Part shown: positions 1 through 8,621 of the stretch, one piece after another
How positions within the stretch are numbered: position 1 is the stretch's first letter
Layout of the letters: every line of letters begins with the position of its first letter
Origin: a virus
Length of the DNA stretch: 64,000 bases
Reading direction: 5' to 3' (one strand)
Virus record (IMG/VR): IMGVR_UViG_3300022752_000043
Translations under genes and position numbers: made by a program
Notes under the pieces: model-generated
Databases searched by the model: none
Told to the model about the DNA's origin: nothing
The model's input: only the letters and a program-made list of their open reading frames with translations

Positions 1-8
1 CTCAACCG

Positions 9-245
9 TTGGGTTTGTTCAAATATAAAATGAACGAACAAAATCAATGGAAAGAACTAGGATATCTCAATAAGCAGATCGGCTATTTGGTGGAAGGTGC
101 TTATTGGAATAACGGTTTTTTCTATAGAGTACTTGACAAAAATGTAATTATCGAATCAAAGTTATATATTGATGATAGAACATTGATATCATATTCTTAT
201 CCTGAAACGAAAAGAGTATCAGATTGTTCAAGCCTCTATAGTTAA
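9..245 (+). CDS. Hypothetical small protein (3' end overlaps the tRNA-Arg)
   Basis: ORF track only. Confidence 0.4.
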   Translation: MGLFKYKMNEQNQWKELGYLNKQIGYLVEGAYWNNGFFYRVLDKNVIIESKLYIDDRTLISYSYPETKRVSDCSSLYS

Positions 246-303
246 AAGGATATAACGTGGGACTTCTAATCCCTTGTTCTAGGTTCGATTCCTAGTGGAG
301 GCG
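232..303 (+). tRNA. tRNA-Arg (anticodon UCU)
   Basis: GCCTCTA/TGGAGGC acceptor, D-arm GTTA..TAAC, anticodon loop CTTCTAA on stem TGGGA/TCCCT, T-arm CTAGG-TTCGATT-CCTAG; 3' CCA not encoded. Confidence 0.9.
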
Positions 304-306
304 CAA

Positions 307-618
307 ATGTATCTTAATAGTTTAACTAACAGTAACTACAAGAGTATTATAGACGGCTTACTTGCTGATAAAATTGTTTTACAAAGTGAATTAGAAAGTT
401 TAAAATCTCTTCTTCATTATTGGAATTTAAAAAAAGATGTTATTATTGGCAAACGTGTTAAGCTTGTAAGTACAGAAGACGTATATACAAATCTCAAGCC
501 TGGAGACGTGGGTACGATTACGCATGTCGACGATGCTGGTACGATATTTGCTAACTGGGACAATGGATCTGGTTTAGGTTTAATTCCTGGTATTGATTTT
601 TTTGAGGTTTTGGTATAA
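307..618 (+). CDS. DUF4314-like protein
   Basis: Motif GKRVKLVSTEDVYTNLKPGDVGTITHVDDAGTIFANWDNGSGLGLIPGIDFF; ATG at 307 likely start (ORF track start 295). Confidence 0.6.
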   Translation: MYLNSLTNSNYKSIIDGLLADKIVLQSELESLKSLLHYWNLKKDVIIGKRVKLVSTEDVYTNLKPGDVGTITHVDDAGTIFANWDNGSGLGLIPGIDFFEVLV

Positions 619-921
619 ATGGCTAAACATGAAAAATATTTTGTTGATAGTTCTTTTATAGAACACATTTCTTGGGAAAGTAAAACCAAACAGTTGATTA
701 TAACTTTTGCTAGCGGTAGTATTTGGCTTTATGAAAATATTGCCAAGAAACACTACAATGCTCTCTGCAAGGCAAAATCAATTGGAGCTTATTTTAACAA
801 AAACATAAGAAATACCTGCACAGGACAACCCATAGCTCGTGTTGGTAAATCTTCTGTTATTATTTACAGCAAAGGTGATGAAATTGTCGAGACGAAAAAA
901 GAAGCGCAAGAACAAGAATAA
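619..921 (+). CDS. KTSC-domain protein
   Basis: YFVDSSFIEHISWESKTKQLIITFASGSIWLYENIAKKHYNALCKAKSIGAYFNKNIRN resembles KTSC domains. Confidence 0.7.
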   Translation: MAKHEKYFVDSSFIEHISWESKTKQLIITFASGSIWLYENIAKKHYNALCKAKSIGAYFNKNIRNTCTGQPIARVGKSSVIIYSKGDEIVETKKEAQEQE

Positions 922-1061
922 CCGTTATGGTTGGGAGCGCTTATCTCACAATACTGTTATCATCCAAGCTTGTTCTGCGGAAAAAGAAGAAATTAATGCA
1001 ATAGCCCTTTCTGTATTTGGGGGTTTAAACGTTTCTTCTAAAGATCTCTAAAAGCCTTAAA

Positions 1062-1093
1062 GGCGATATGTATATATATAATATATAGTCGCC
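1062..1093. terminator. AT-rich hairpin GGCGATAT...ATAGTCGCC
   Basis: Inverted repeat GGCGA/TCGCC around TATATATATAATATATA. Confidence 0.4.
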
Positions 1094-1169
1094 AAAAAGC
1101 TTTTGTCTTTTTGGCTTTTGCGGAATTACATGCAAAAAGGTTCACATGCTGCTATACTATACCCAATAC

Positions 1170-1240
1170 GCGGGTATAAGTTAATGGTAGACCAACATGT
1201 TTCCGACCTGTTTGTGGGAGTTCGATTCTCCCTACCCGCT
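1170..1240 (+). tRNA. tRNA-Gly-like gene with extended anticodon UCCG, candidate decoder of the four-base codon CGGN
   Basis: Acceptor GCGGGTA/TACCCGC, U73, D-arm AGTT-AATGGTA-GACC, anticodon arm ACATG-TTTCCGA-CCTGT (U30 x C40 mismatch, G37), variable TTGT, T-arm GGGAG-TTCGATT-CTCCC. Bacterial glycine identity elements present. Confidence 0.9.
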
Positions 1241-1253
1241 CAAAGGATTTAGC

Positions 1254-1691
1254 ATGCCGCAAAGATATGAAAAAATAAAGATAAGAACTCAACAACGAAG
1301 ACAAGAGTGGCTTTCTAGCAATGGCCCTTGTGCTCATTGCGGTACTTGGGACAAATTAGAGGTTGATCATATTGATCCTTCTACAAAAGAATACGAAATA
1401 AATCGCATCTGGCAAAGGTCTCAAGAAATAAGAGATTATGAACTTGCTAAATGTCAGGTATTGTGCAATACTTGTCATATAGCTAAAAGTACCATTGAAC
1501 AAAAGGCTAAGAAGCCGGTAACCCATGGTTCTTATAAGTATTACAGAAGAGACAAATGCAGATGTAATGTTTGCGTTTCTGCTTACAGGAAAAGGCTTAA
1601 AATATATAGAGATAATAACAAAGATAGAATAAATATTTACGCTAAAAACTATTATCATAAAGTTAGGAAAAAAAACAATGGGAATGTATGA
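1254..1691 (+). CDS. HNH endonuclease
   Basis: CAHCGTWDKLEVDHIDPSTKEY...LCNTCHIAKS. Confidence 0.8.
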   Translation: MPQRYEKIKIRTQQRRQEWLSSNGPCAHCGTWDKLEVDHIDPSTKEYEINRIWQRSQEIRDYELAKCQVLCNTCHIAKSTIEQKAKKPVTHGSYKYYRRDKCRCNVCVSAYRKRLKIYRDNNKDRINIYAKNYYHKVRKKNNGNV

Positions 1692-2080
1692 CAACTTAGA
1701 AATTGATTACCCTATATCAATTCCGTCGTATATTCCTACAAAATATATTCCTTATATTAGAGCTTCTTTTAATCGAAATGGTTTTCAAACCAAAGATTTA
1801 GAACAAGTTTTTAATTCATACTTTATTGATCCGTCTGGGCATCTGTATGAAAGAATCCGGAAGATCTTGGCTTAATGCTGATAAGCTTGATTTAGAGTTT
1901 AAAGTTGATCATCACGGAATTATTAACGTTTGTACAATTGTATATTTTACGGATGATGTTTGTTGGGAAGAAAACGCTAAAAGCTTATTTATAGAATTAA
2001 AGTTAAAGTTTACTGATGGTTTACTTGTCGATGTAAAATGGTTGCGACCTACTGAAAACGACATTAATTCTTTATTGTAA
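1678..2080 (+). CDS. Hypothetical protein, 133 aa, requires CGGA quadruplet at 1858-1861
   Basis: ORFs 1678..1875 (frame 1) and 1826..2080 (frame 2) join at in-frame CGG-A: YERI[G]RSWLNADKLDLEFKVDHHG. Confidence 0.8.
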
Positions 2081-2184
2081 ACACTGATAATTCTTAAAAT
2101 CTGGCTTCAAAGTTGATATTTTCTTTTTTGCCTATTATTATATACCTTGAGTAAATATTGGAATTAGCCAAAAGTGAGACAAGG

Positions 2185-2523
2185 ATGAAAGAAACACTTG
2201 AATGCACGCAGTGCGATAAAAAATGGGAGCGTCAAAAAGCGCGTGGACGTAAACCAATTGTTTGTCCAGAATGTGCAGAAGTAAACGCCCAAGAAGAAGC
2301 TAGTCAAAAAACCAGCTCTTATGTTTCATCACAAGAAGACAAAGAACAGATAGCTTATACTTATCCTCCAGTAAGTTATTGGATGTGCCAAAATTGTGAT
2401 CAAACAATTTCTGTGCACGTCGGATTAAATCACATCCCAATTCACCCTTGCAGATTGAAAAGAAATCAATATATTGCGTTTACGCAAACAACCCGGAAAG
2501 AACTTAAAGAAATTGCAGTTTAA
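2185..2523 (+). CDS. Zinc-ribbon-like small protein; C-terminus ambiguous because of in-frame CGGA at 2494
   Basis: CTQCDKKWERQKARGRKPIVCPECA; triplet reading ends at 2523, four-base reading ends at 2533. Confidence 0.5.
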   Translation: MKETLECTQCDKKWERQKARGRKPIVCPECAEVNAQEEASQKTSSYVSSQEDKEQIAYTYPPVSYWMCQNCDQTISVHVGLNHIPIHPCRLKRNQYIAFTQTTRKELKEIAV

Positions 2524-2605
2524 AGGCAATTAGTTAGTTCAGAAATTAATTTAATATTGTTATCTCTATTTTAAATTAAAACCCATAACTTTAAAAGGAG
2601 AAACA

Positions 2606-2707
2606 ATGAAACAAGCAAGTAGTATTATTAAAAATATTATTGAATTTGTCAAAAAGATTTGGCCTTCAATAAAAATAGTTATTAAAACAGTTGCACCGAT
2701 CATCTGA
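2606..2707 (+). CDS. Tiny hydrophobic/basic peptide MKQASSIIKNIIEFVKKIWPSIKIVIKTVAPII
   Basis: AAAGGAG ribosome-binding site then ATG; read directly from sequence. Confidence 0.5.
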   Translation: MKQASSIIKNIIEFVKKIWPSIKIVIKTVAPII

Positions 2708-2733
2708 TTTTAGTGCTATACTAGATCATAGAT

Positions 2734-3411
2734 ATGACTACAATAATTGCTGTTCAGGGAGATGGTTTTTGTGTTGTTGGAGTAGACAGCCGTATATCTA
2801 CTTTTGAAGATAGCGGATATGCTGCTCAAATTATGACCTTAAGAGAAGGCACTACTAAAGTTGCCAGCAATGGAAAATACCTGTTGGGTGTAGCTGGAGA
2901 TGTTCGTGCAATAAACATACTGCACCATGTATTTCAGCCACCGCCACCACCAATAAATACAGTGGGTAAAAAACTAGATGAATTTATGACGGCTAAGTTT
3001 ATTCCGGCACTGCGTGAGTGTTTTGAACAGCAGGGCTATGCTTCGCCAGAAAGCAACGAAGAGAAGCGACACATTGCAGAACACGATTCAACTGTTCTTG
3101 TAGCGGTTAATGGATGTGTTTATGTGATAGATGGAGATTATTCTTGGGCTTCTGATGCAACAGGTATTTATGCTTTAGGTAGCGGCGGAGCTTACGCATT
3201 GGGTGCAATGCAGGCTTCCTTTGGATCTAAACGCAAGATGACAATACCTTTAGCTAAGGCTCTGTGCTTAAAAGCTTTAAATATAGCATCAAGATTTGAT
3301 CCACATACTGGAGCACCATTTTATTGGTTTGTTCAAGAAACAAACAAAGCACAAAAGCGTTTGGGTCGACCACCATCAAAGAAAACCAAAAAGAAACCAA
3401 CAAAAAAGTAA
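2734..3411 (+). CDS. Proteasome beta / HslV-like Ntn-hydrolase
   Basis: M|TTIIAVQGDGFCVVGVDSRIS places T1 and D17-S18-R19 as in 20S beta/HslV; later ALGSGGAYALGAMQA matches GSGG motif. Confidence 0.75.
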   Translation: MTTIIAVQGDGFCVVGVDSRISTFEDSGYAAQIMTLREGTTKVASNGKYLLGVAGDVRAINILHHVFQPPPPPINTVGKKLDEFMTAKFIPALRECFEQQGYASPESNEEKRHIAEHDSTVLVAVNGCVYVIDGDYSWASDATGIYALGSGGAYALGAMQASFGSKRKMTIPLAKALCLKALNIASRFDPHTGAPFYWFVQETNKAQKRLGRPPSKKTKKKPTKK

Positions 3412-3477
3412 TTAGGGAATTATAAAAAAAATTTTATATATTTTTTAAATCTAGCGAAAAAATCAAATGGAAAAACA

Positions 3478-4056
3478 ATGAACGATTTAAGTCCTCAAGA
3501 AGATTTTATTTTAAATGTATTAGAAGATAAAAGAAATGGACACTACGTAGAACTAGGCGCTTTTCATTCTAAAGATGGATCAAACACTTATAATCTTGAA
3601 AAAAAATATGGATGGACTGGTGTTTCTTTTGAAATAGAAGAAAACAGAAGAAAAGAATTTACTGAAAATAGATCTAACCCGTGTTACGGTGATGCCCTTC
3701 AATTCAATTATTTATCCTATTTTGAATTAAACTCTTTTCCTAAACAAATAGATTTTCTTCAGGTTGATATCGACGAAGGATACGAGCAAAATCTGCACCC
3801 AAGGGGAAACCGATTTTCTACTTTACATGGATTAATGTCGATTCCATTAACACAGTATAGATTTAGTGTAATTACTTTCGAGCATGATGAAAACATGTAC
3901 TTTAAAAATCGCGAAATAAAAGAAATACAGAGATCAATATTAGATTCTTTTGGATATACTCTTATTGTTCGTTCGGTTTGGGAAGATTGGTGGGTTGACC
4001 CAACAGTAGTCAAACACGATTTAATGCGAAAGTATCATAGGCCAGAATATCTGTAA
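3478..4056 (+). CDS. FkbM-like methyltransferase
   Basis: GHYVELGAFHSKDGSNTYNLEKKYGWTGVSFEIEEN ... QIDFLQVDIDEG. Confidence 0.65.
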   Translation: MNDLSPQEDFILNVLEDKRNGHYVELGAFHSKDGSNTYNLEKKYGWTGVSFEIEENRRKEFTENRSNPCYGDALQFNYLSYFELNSFPKQIDFLQVDIDEGYEQNLHPRGNRFSTLHGLMSIPLTQYRFSVITFEHDENMYFKNREIKEIQRSILDSFGYTLIVRSVWEDWWVDPTVVKHDLMRKYHRPEYL

Positions 4057-4670
4057 TGACAAGATCCTTCATACACATAATGCAGAATTGTTTGGATGAT
4101 AATCTATTTCATGATTTATATTATTCAGTAGCAAAAAAAGCTGATTACGTTGATTACAGTATCGAAAAAAGAAGATACGAAGCTAATCCAGACAAACTCC
4201 ACTCTCTTCACTATCAGACTGACGATCCGCAAAATATTAAGTCCACCTACGAAGTAAGCCTAGACCAATTGGTTGATCTCTGCAGTAGGGTTTTGGGAAA
4301 AAGAGTTTACTCATACATAGGTGCCGGAATACTAAAATACGAAGCAGATCAATACATATCGATTCATAAGGATTGGCATCTCAATACTACCGAAGAAAGT
4401 AAATATCACAATCCATGGAGTAAGGTGGATCTTGCCTGTATTTATTATTTAAACGATGAATATTCAGGTGGAGAGTTTAATGTTTTTGGTCTTGAAAAAA
4501 CAGACACACCAATACTTACGTATAAACCGACTCCAAATTCGTGCGTTATTATTGACAGCGATTTGTACCATTCTTCTTGTCCAGTCAAAGAAGGAACTCG
4601 CTACTGCATAACGATGTTTTTGAGCTACTGTGATTGCGGTAGCTGTAATAGCTCTTGTGTGTACAAGTAA
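4056..4670 (+). CDS. 2OG-Fe(II) oxygenase (prolyl 4-hydroxylase-like)
   Basis: YISIHKDWHLN ... IYYLNDEYSGGEFNVFG ... LYHSSCPVKEGTRYCITMFL. Confidence 0.75.
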   Translation: MTRSFIHIMQNCLDDNLFHDLYYSVAKKADYVDYSIEKRRYEANPDKLHSLHYQTDDPQNIKSTYEVSLDQLVDLCSRVLGKRVYSYIGAGILKYEADQYISIHKDWHLNTTEESKYHNPWSKVDLACIYYLNDEYSGGEFNVFGLEKTDTPILTYKPTPNSCVIIDSDLYHSSCPVKEGTRYCITMFLSYCDCGSCNSSCVYK

Positions 4671-4756
4671 TATTTTTTAAAATTCCTATATAGGTGAAAA
4701 TTGAAAAAAATTTTAGAAGCTCATTTTCCTTTTTCAAAAAAGTTATAAATCCTAAA

Positions 4757-5074
4757 TTATGTATACGGATTATATCTTTTACTTCTATTAAAGTTTAAAC
4801 TTGGCCAACTAAAATTAGCCCTCATACCAGCACGGGCTGAAACAGATTGGGGTGTAACAATTGATCCCAAACCAATCGGTTCTCTTTTTTGCAGACCTCT
4901 TATGGGCACTTTGGACTGGCGCATACCAGGTCCTCTGGTGCCGGGTTCAATGGCTCTTGGGGCAGAAACTGTTGCTCTTTGAAACTGATTTTTTCTAAAC
5001 TTTCCAGAACGAACAATGCCCGGCTGCCTAAGCCCAGGATCATTTAAGCCACCATGTCTTATCGGGTCTCTCAT
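4757..5074 (-). CDS. Hypothetical basic protein
   Basis: ORF track. Confidence 0.4.
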   Translation of the reverse strand: MRDPIRHGGLNDPGLRQPGIVRSGKFRKNQFQRATVSAPRAIEPGTRGPGMRQSKVPIRGLQKREPIGLGSIVTPQSVSARAGMRANFSWPSLNFNRSKRYNPYT

Positions 5075-5107
5075 ATCTGTATATAGTAACGGTTACTATA
5101 GTAGATT

Positions 5108-6691
5108 ATGGCGTTATTTTCTCGTTCTGGCAGAAGCACATCTGTTAATAATTTTATATTGCGTCAAACTCGAGGCGCAATGCAGGCCGTACCCGAAGAC
5201 AAGCTTAGGCAGGGTCTTCAAACAATAAACGAGAACTTGCGAGTGGCCGGCATAGAATCTCTTAATGTTGATTTCACTGATGAAATGGGAAAAAGAATAG
5301 GTCGTAGGACGTTTGGCGGAACTGTATCTGGCAGGACCTCGATGTTTACGGCTACTCACCAAACTTTACAGGCAGGACGGAATAGAAAAATCTGATGAAC
5401 TATTTGCTTTTCATAAATCATATCAAATAGGTAGCCCAGAACATAAACAGCTTCTAAAATCTTTAAGAAAAGAAAGAATAGGGCGATCAGCAATGCGCCA
5501 AGCAAAACGCTCTAGTAGTTTCATTTTCATAGATCCAAAAAGAATAGTAAAAAATCTAGAAGATCCTTTGTCGGCATTAGCTGGAACAAAAACAATGTAT
5601 CATGAAATTGGACATGCGTTTTCCAAATACGCGGGATTGGGTAAAAATGAATACTACCAAAGAACAAAAGATGTTATAGCAAATATTAAAAATACAACAG
5701 GAGATGTTAATAGTCTTTTCGAAAGGTCTACACTCATTAATGACTTGGGAAATGTTGATGAGATTCCTTCTCTTTTAGATGACTTCAAGACGCAGCATAT
5801 AGCGTATATGAAAAACCAAGCTCTCGAAGAAGCAAGAGCAGAAGGATTTAGCCATCAAATTTTGTCAAGAACAGCTGATCCACAAAACCCAGGCAAAACC
5901 CTTATGGATAGACAGTTTTCCATGGTAAAAAAAGCTTCAATAAAGAGTAAAGATGAAGTTATCGCGTCGCGGAAGACAACTTAGTTCAGATTACATACCA
6001 TCAGAAATGATAAATAGAGGAGTTTCCTACTCACGCACTTATGGTGATCCACTTAAAACACCTTTTGAATCTTATCTAAAGCCGTGGAAAAACTACGAAA
6101 GCTTGACGCTTAGAAATCTTCAAAAAACTCTCACCGAAAAATATGGAGATGATGTTATGGACAATCCTATGATTAAAGATTTTTTTAAATCTACCATAAT
6201 AGAAGGAAGAACTCAAGCACACAAGTCTTTAATAGAATCTATAGATTCACCATTTATTGAAAGAATGCGGAGCAGCTTTTGGAATATCTGGAAAAGAAGC
6301 TTTTATTGGAGAAAGTATTGATTACCTATCTGAGGTAAGCAGGGCTGGAAACCTAAGCCAGGAAGCTGTAAATTATTACACAAAAGAAATGGGAGAAGTT
6401 GTAGGAAAACTTGCACCAATATCCAAAGAAGTAAATAGGGCTGGAGAAATGGCAGCACATGCCGCCATGACCGCAGACAGTGTCCTGCCAGCTTTGTCTG
6501 ACGACGCAGCCGCTGCTGCTACTGCGGTTGTTTCTTCTGGAGAAGCGTTTATGTCTGGAACGAGAGCTATAAAAATAAGTGCTGATAAAATATCGTCTGC
6601 TGCTGTCGCAAGCGCCGGAAGAAACGCTACTGCCTCAAGAATTATTTCGGGTATGAAGACAGCCATGAGAGTAGCTGGAGTAGCAAAATAA
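5108..6691 (+). CDS. HEIGH-motif (zincin-like) protein, about 526 aa, requires three CGGA quadruplets
   Basis: ORFs 5108..5395, 5313..5984, 5953..6321, 6257..6691 join at in-frame CGGA 5378, 5970 and 6268; contains TKTMYHEIGHAFSKYAG. Confidence 0.85.
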
Positions 6692-6694
6692 ATT

Positions 6695-7625
6695 ATGAAT
6701 GAAATCCAAAATAGTTTGATAAAAGTTGGAAGACCAGCGCAAGAAGTTAGCACTAGGGTTGGGGGAAGACAAAGAAAAAGCATTATACAAAGTGGAAGAT
6801 TGCTTTCTGAAATACCAGACGATGTTCCAGTTGGATTAACACCAGAAGAAAGAGCTGAAGTTTATTATCAAATGCCTGAATCTAAAAGGCCATTATTGCC
6901 TTCTCTACCGCAGGAAGACATAGAAGCTATAAAAATGAAAGCACATGAACTAGATAGTCTTGATGCGGAAGCAGCTGCTTCTCGAAACAAACTATTTGAA
7001 AAAAGAAAAAAACTAGCTGAAGCCAGAGCAAGGGGACGAGCTAGACCAGGGAAAAAACCACAAGAAAAAACAACTAGCCGAGTCCAATCTAATACTTCCA
7101 ACATGACACCGGAGCAGAGAAAGCAAGCAGCGATTCAAAGAGGTAGAGCTATTCAATCAAATCAAGAAACTAGTCCACAAAATATGCTTGAAGCTGCAAA
7201 AGCTAGAGGATCCGCAATTGGTGGAGACATTATAGAAAATGGAGTTGATGAGTTTGGAAATCCAGTAATTATTGGAGATATTTCCGGAGGTGCATCTGGC
7301 TTTATAGATAATAGCCGGAGCCTCTATGGGCTTGATCGACGATGCATTTATGAGTGCATACGAGCACTCAGTTCCCATCAGCGAGGCACCGATAAGCGCA
7401 GCAGTTAAGAGCGCTGCGCAAGCTGGCAAAGGTGCAGCAACACGTGTAGTTAAATCAGGAGCTGTAACATCGGCAAGTAGATCAGCTCAAGCTGCACAAG
7501 TTGCTCAGTCAGTAATCCCAGGAGCACAAAAAGCCAATGATCTAAGACTTAAGGCTCTAGGATTAACCCTAGGCGGCTTAGCTGCCGGGTACTCATACGG
7601 AAGAAGTCGAAGAAGGAAATACTAG
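6695..7625 (+). CDS. Hypothetical protein, about 309 aa, requires CGGA quadruplet at 7316-7319
   Basis: ORF 6695..7408 continues into 7326..7625: GGASGFIDNS[G]ASMGLIDDAFMSAYEH. Confidence 0.8.
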
Positions 7626-8132
7626 ATCTTTATTTGCCCACTTGATATCATCTACATAAAAAGATGAAATTGATTCTTTTTTAGAAGAAATAAAATCCGT
7701 TGTAAACACAACCCTATCTATTTGATAGTGTTTTATTTTTTGCATGCACCAAGCACATGGTTTAGATATTGCGTATTTATTATAACTATTTAACCTGGCT
7801 ATATATAAAGTGGCGCCAGTTGTTTCGGATGCTATACCCATTGCAGCTATTTCTGCGTGAGTTGAAAATCTGTTGGGCGGTGTTTTGGGCGAAACCCTGG
7901 TAATATTTGGTGAGCCACCTAGGACACGACCGGATTTAACCACCAAGGCCCCGACCCTAAACCTGTTGTCAGAAGTTTTTGCTATTTTTGAAGCAGCAGA
8001 TATAAACGAAGCGTCTTTGTTTGAAATAGAATAATCGTTTACAAAAGTATAATCCTCATACGGGTCATGGACTTTTTTAAAAAAGCTTTTGACAGTCATA
8101 ATCAAGATCCGATTATAGCACTCGACTTGCAA
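7593..8132 (-). CDS. Cytidine/deoxycytidylate deaminase family protein
   Basis: STHAEIAAM ... SKPCAWCMQKIKHY. Confidence 0.8.
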   Translation of the reverse strand: MQVECYNRILIMTVKSFFKKVHDPYEDYTFVNDYSISNKDASFISAASKIAKTSDNRFRVGALVVKSGRVLGGSPNITRVSPKTPPNRFSTHAEIAAMGIASETTGATLYIARLNSYNKYAISKPCAWCMQKIKHYQIDRVVFTTDFISSKKESISSFYVDDIKWANKDLVFPSSTSSV

Positions 8133-8178
8133 ATGAACAACCCGAATGGTACTATATATTAAAACAAAAAGAGGACTT

Positions 8179-8610
8179 ATGACTAATTATTGGCTTTCAA
8201 ATGTAAAATATCAAGTTTACAAAATGGACGAAATAAGTAAAAAGAATAAACCAAAGGGTAAAATGGATCATACCATGGACATGTCCAAGGTAAAGATGTC
8301 TGCAGCCGAAAGAGAATTTGCAAACGCGCTGTTGGCAATTGCCCAAAAGTATGGGAAGCTTTCCGACAACGACGGCAATGGGATATGGGTTGGCTATGTT
8401 CCAGAAGAAGAAAACGATAATTACGAAATTGGCGTACGCTGTGAAAACTGTGTTTTGCACGAGTCAGATTCTGTTTGTAAAATAATAAAACAAAGAATTG
8501 AGCCGGGCGGCTATTGTAGATTAGCTGCAATTCCGGATGGTATCGTTGGAATGCAGAACGAAGAGCCGGAAGACGGCGAAGATGACGAAGACGACATGGA
8601 CAAAAAATAG
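8179..8610 (+). CDS. Hypothetical protein with acidic tail
   Basis: ORF track; ends EDGEDDEDDMDKK. Confidence 0.55.
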   Translation: MTNYWLSNVKYQVYKMDEISKKNKPKGKMDHTMDMSKVKMSAAEREFANALLAIAQKYGKLSDNDGNGIWVGYVPEEENDNYEIGVRCENCVLHESDSVCKIIKQRIEPGGYCRLAAIPDGIVGMQNEEPEDGEDDEDDMDKK

Positions 8611-8621
8611 GAGAAATTTTT

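Noticed and set aside
839-1051. Another +1 overlap between 619..921 and 839..1051
   Set aside because: No in-frame CGG lies in the overlap and 619..921 is a complete KTSC-like protein; this looks like ordinary overlapping genes.
1170-1240. Ordinary tRNA-Gly(UCC) only
   Set aside because: Possible from a 7-nt loop, but G37 creating UCCG plus the CGGN breaks argue otherwise. I cannot exclude that it also reads GGA triplets.
1170-1240. Classical 8-nt anticodon loop suppressor
   Set aside because: An 8-nt loop leaves only two paired bases in the anticodon stem; the 7-nt loop with one mismatch pairs better.
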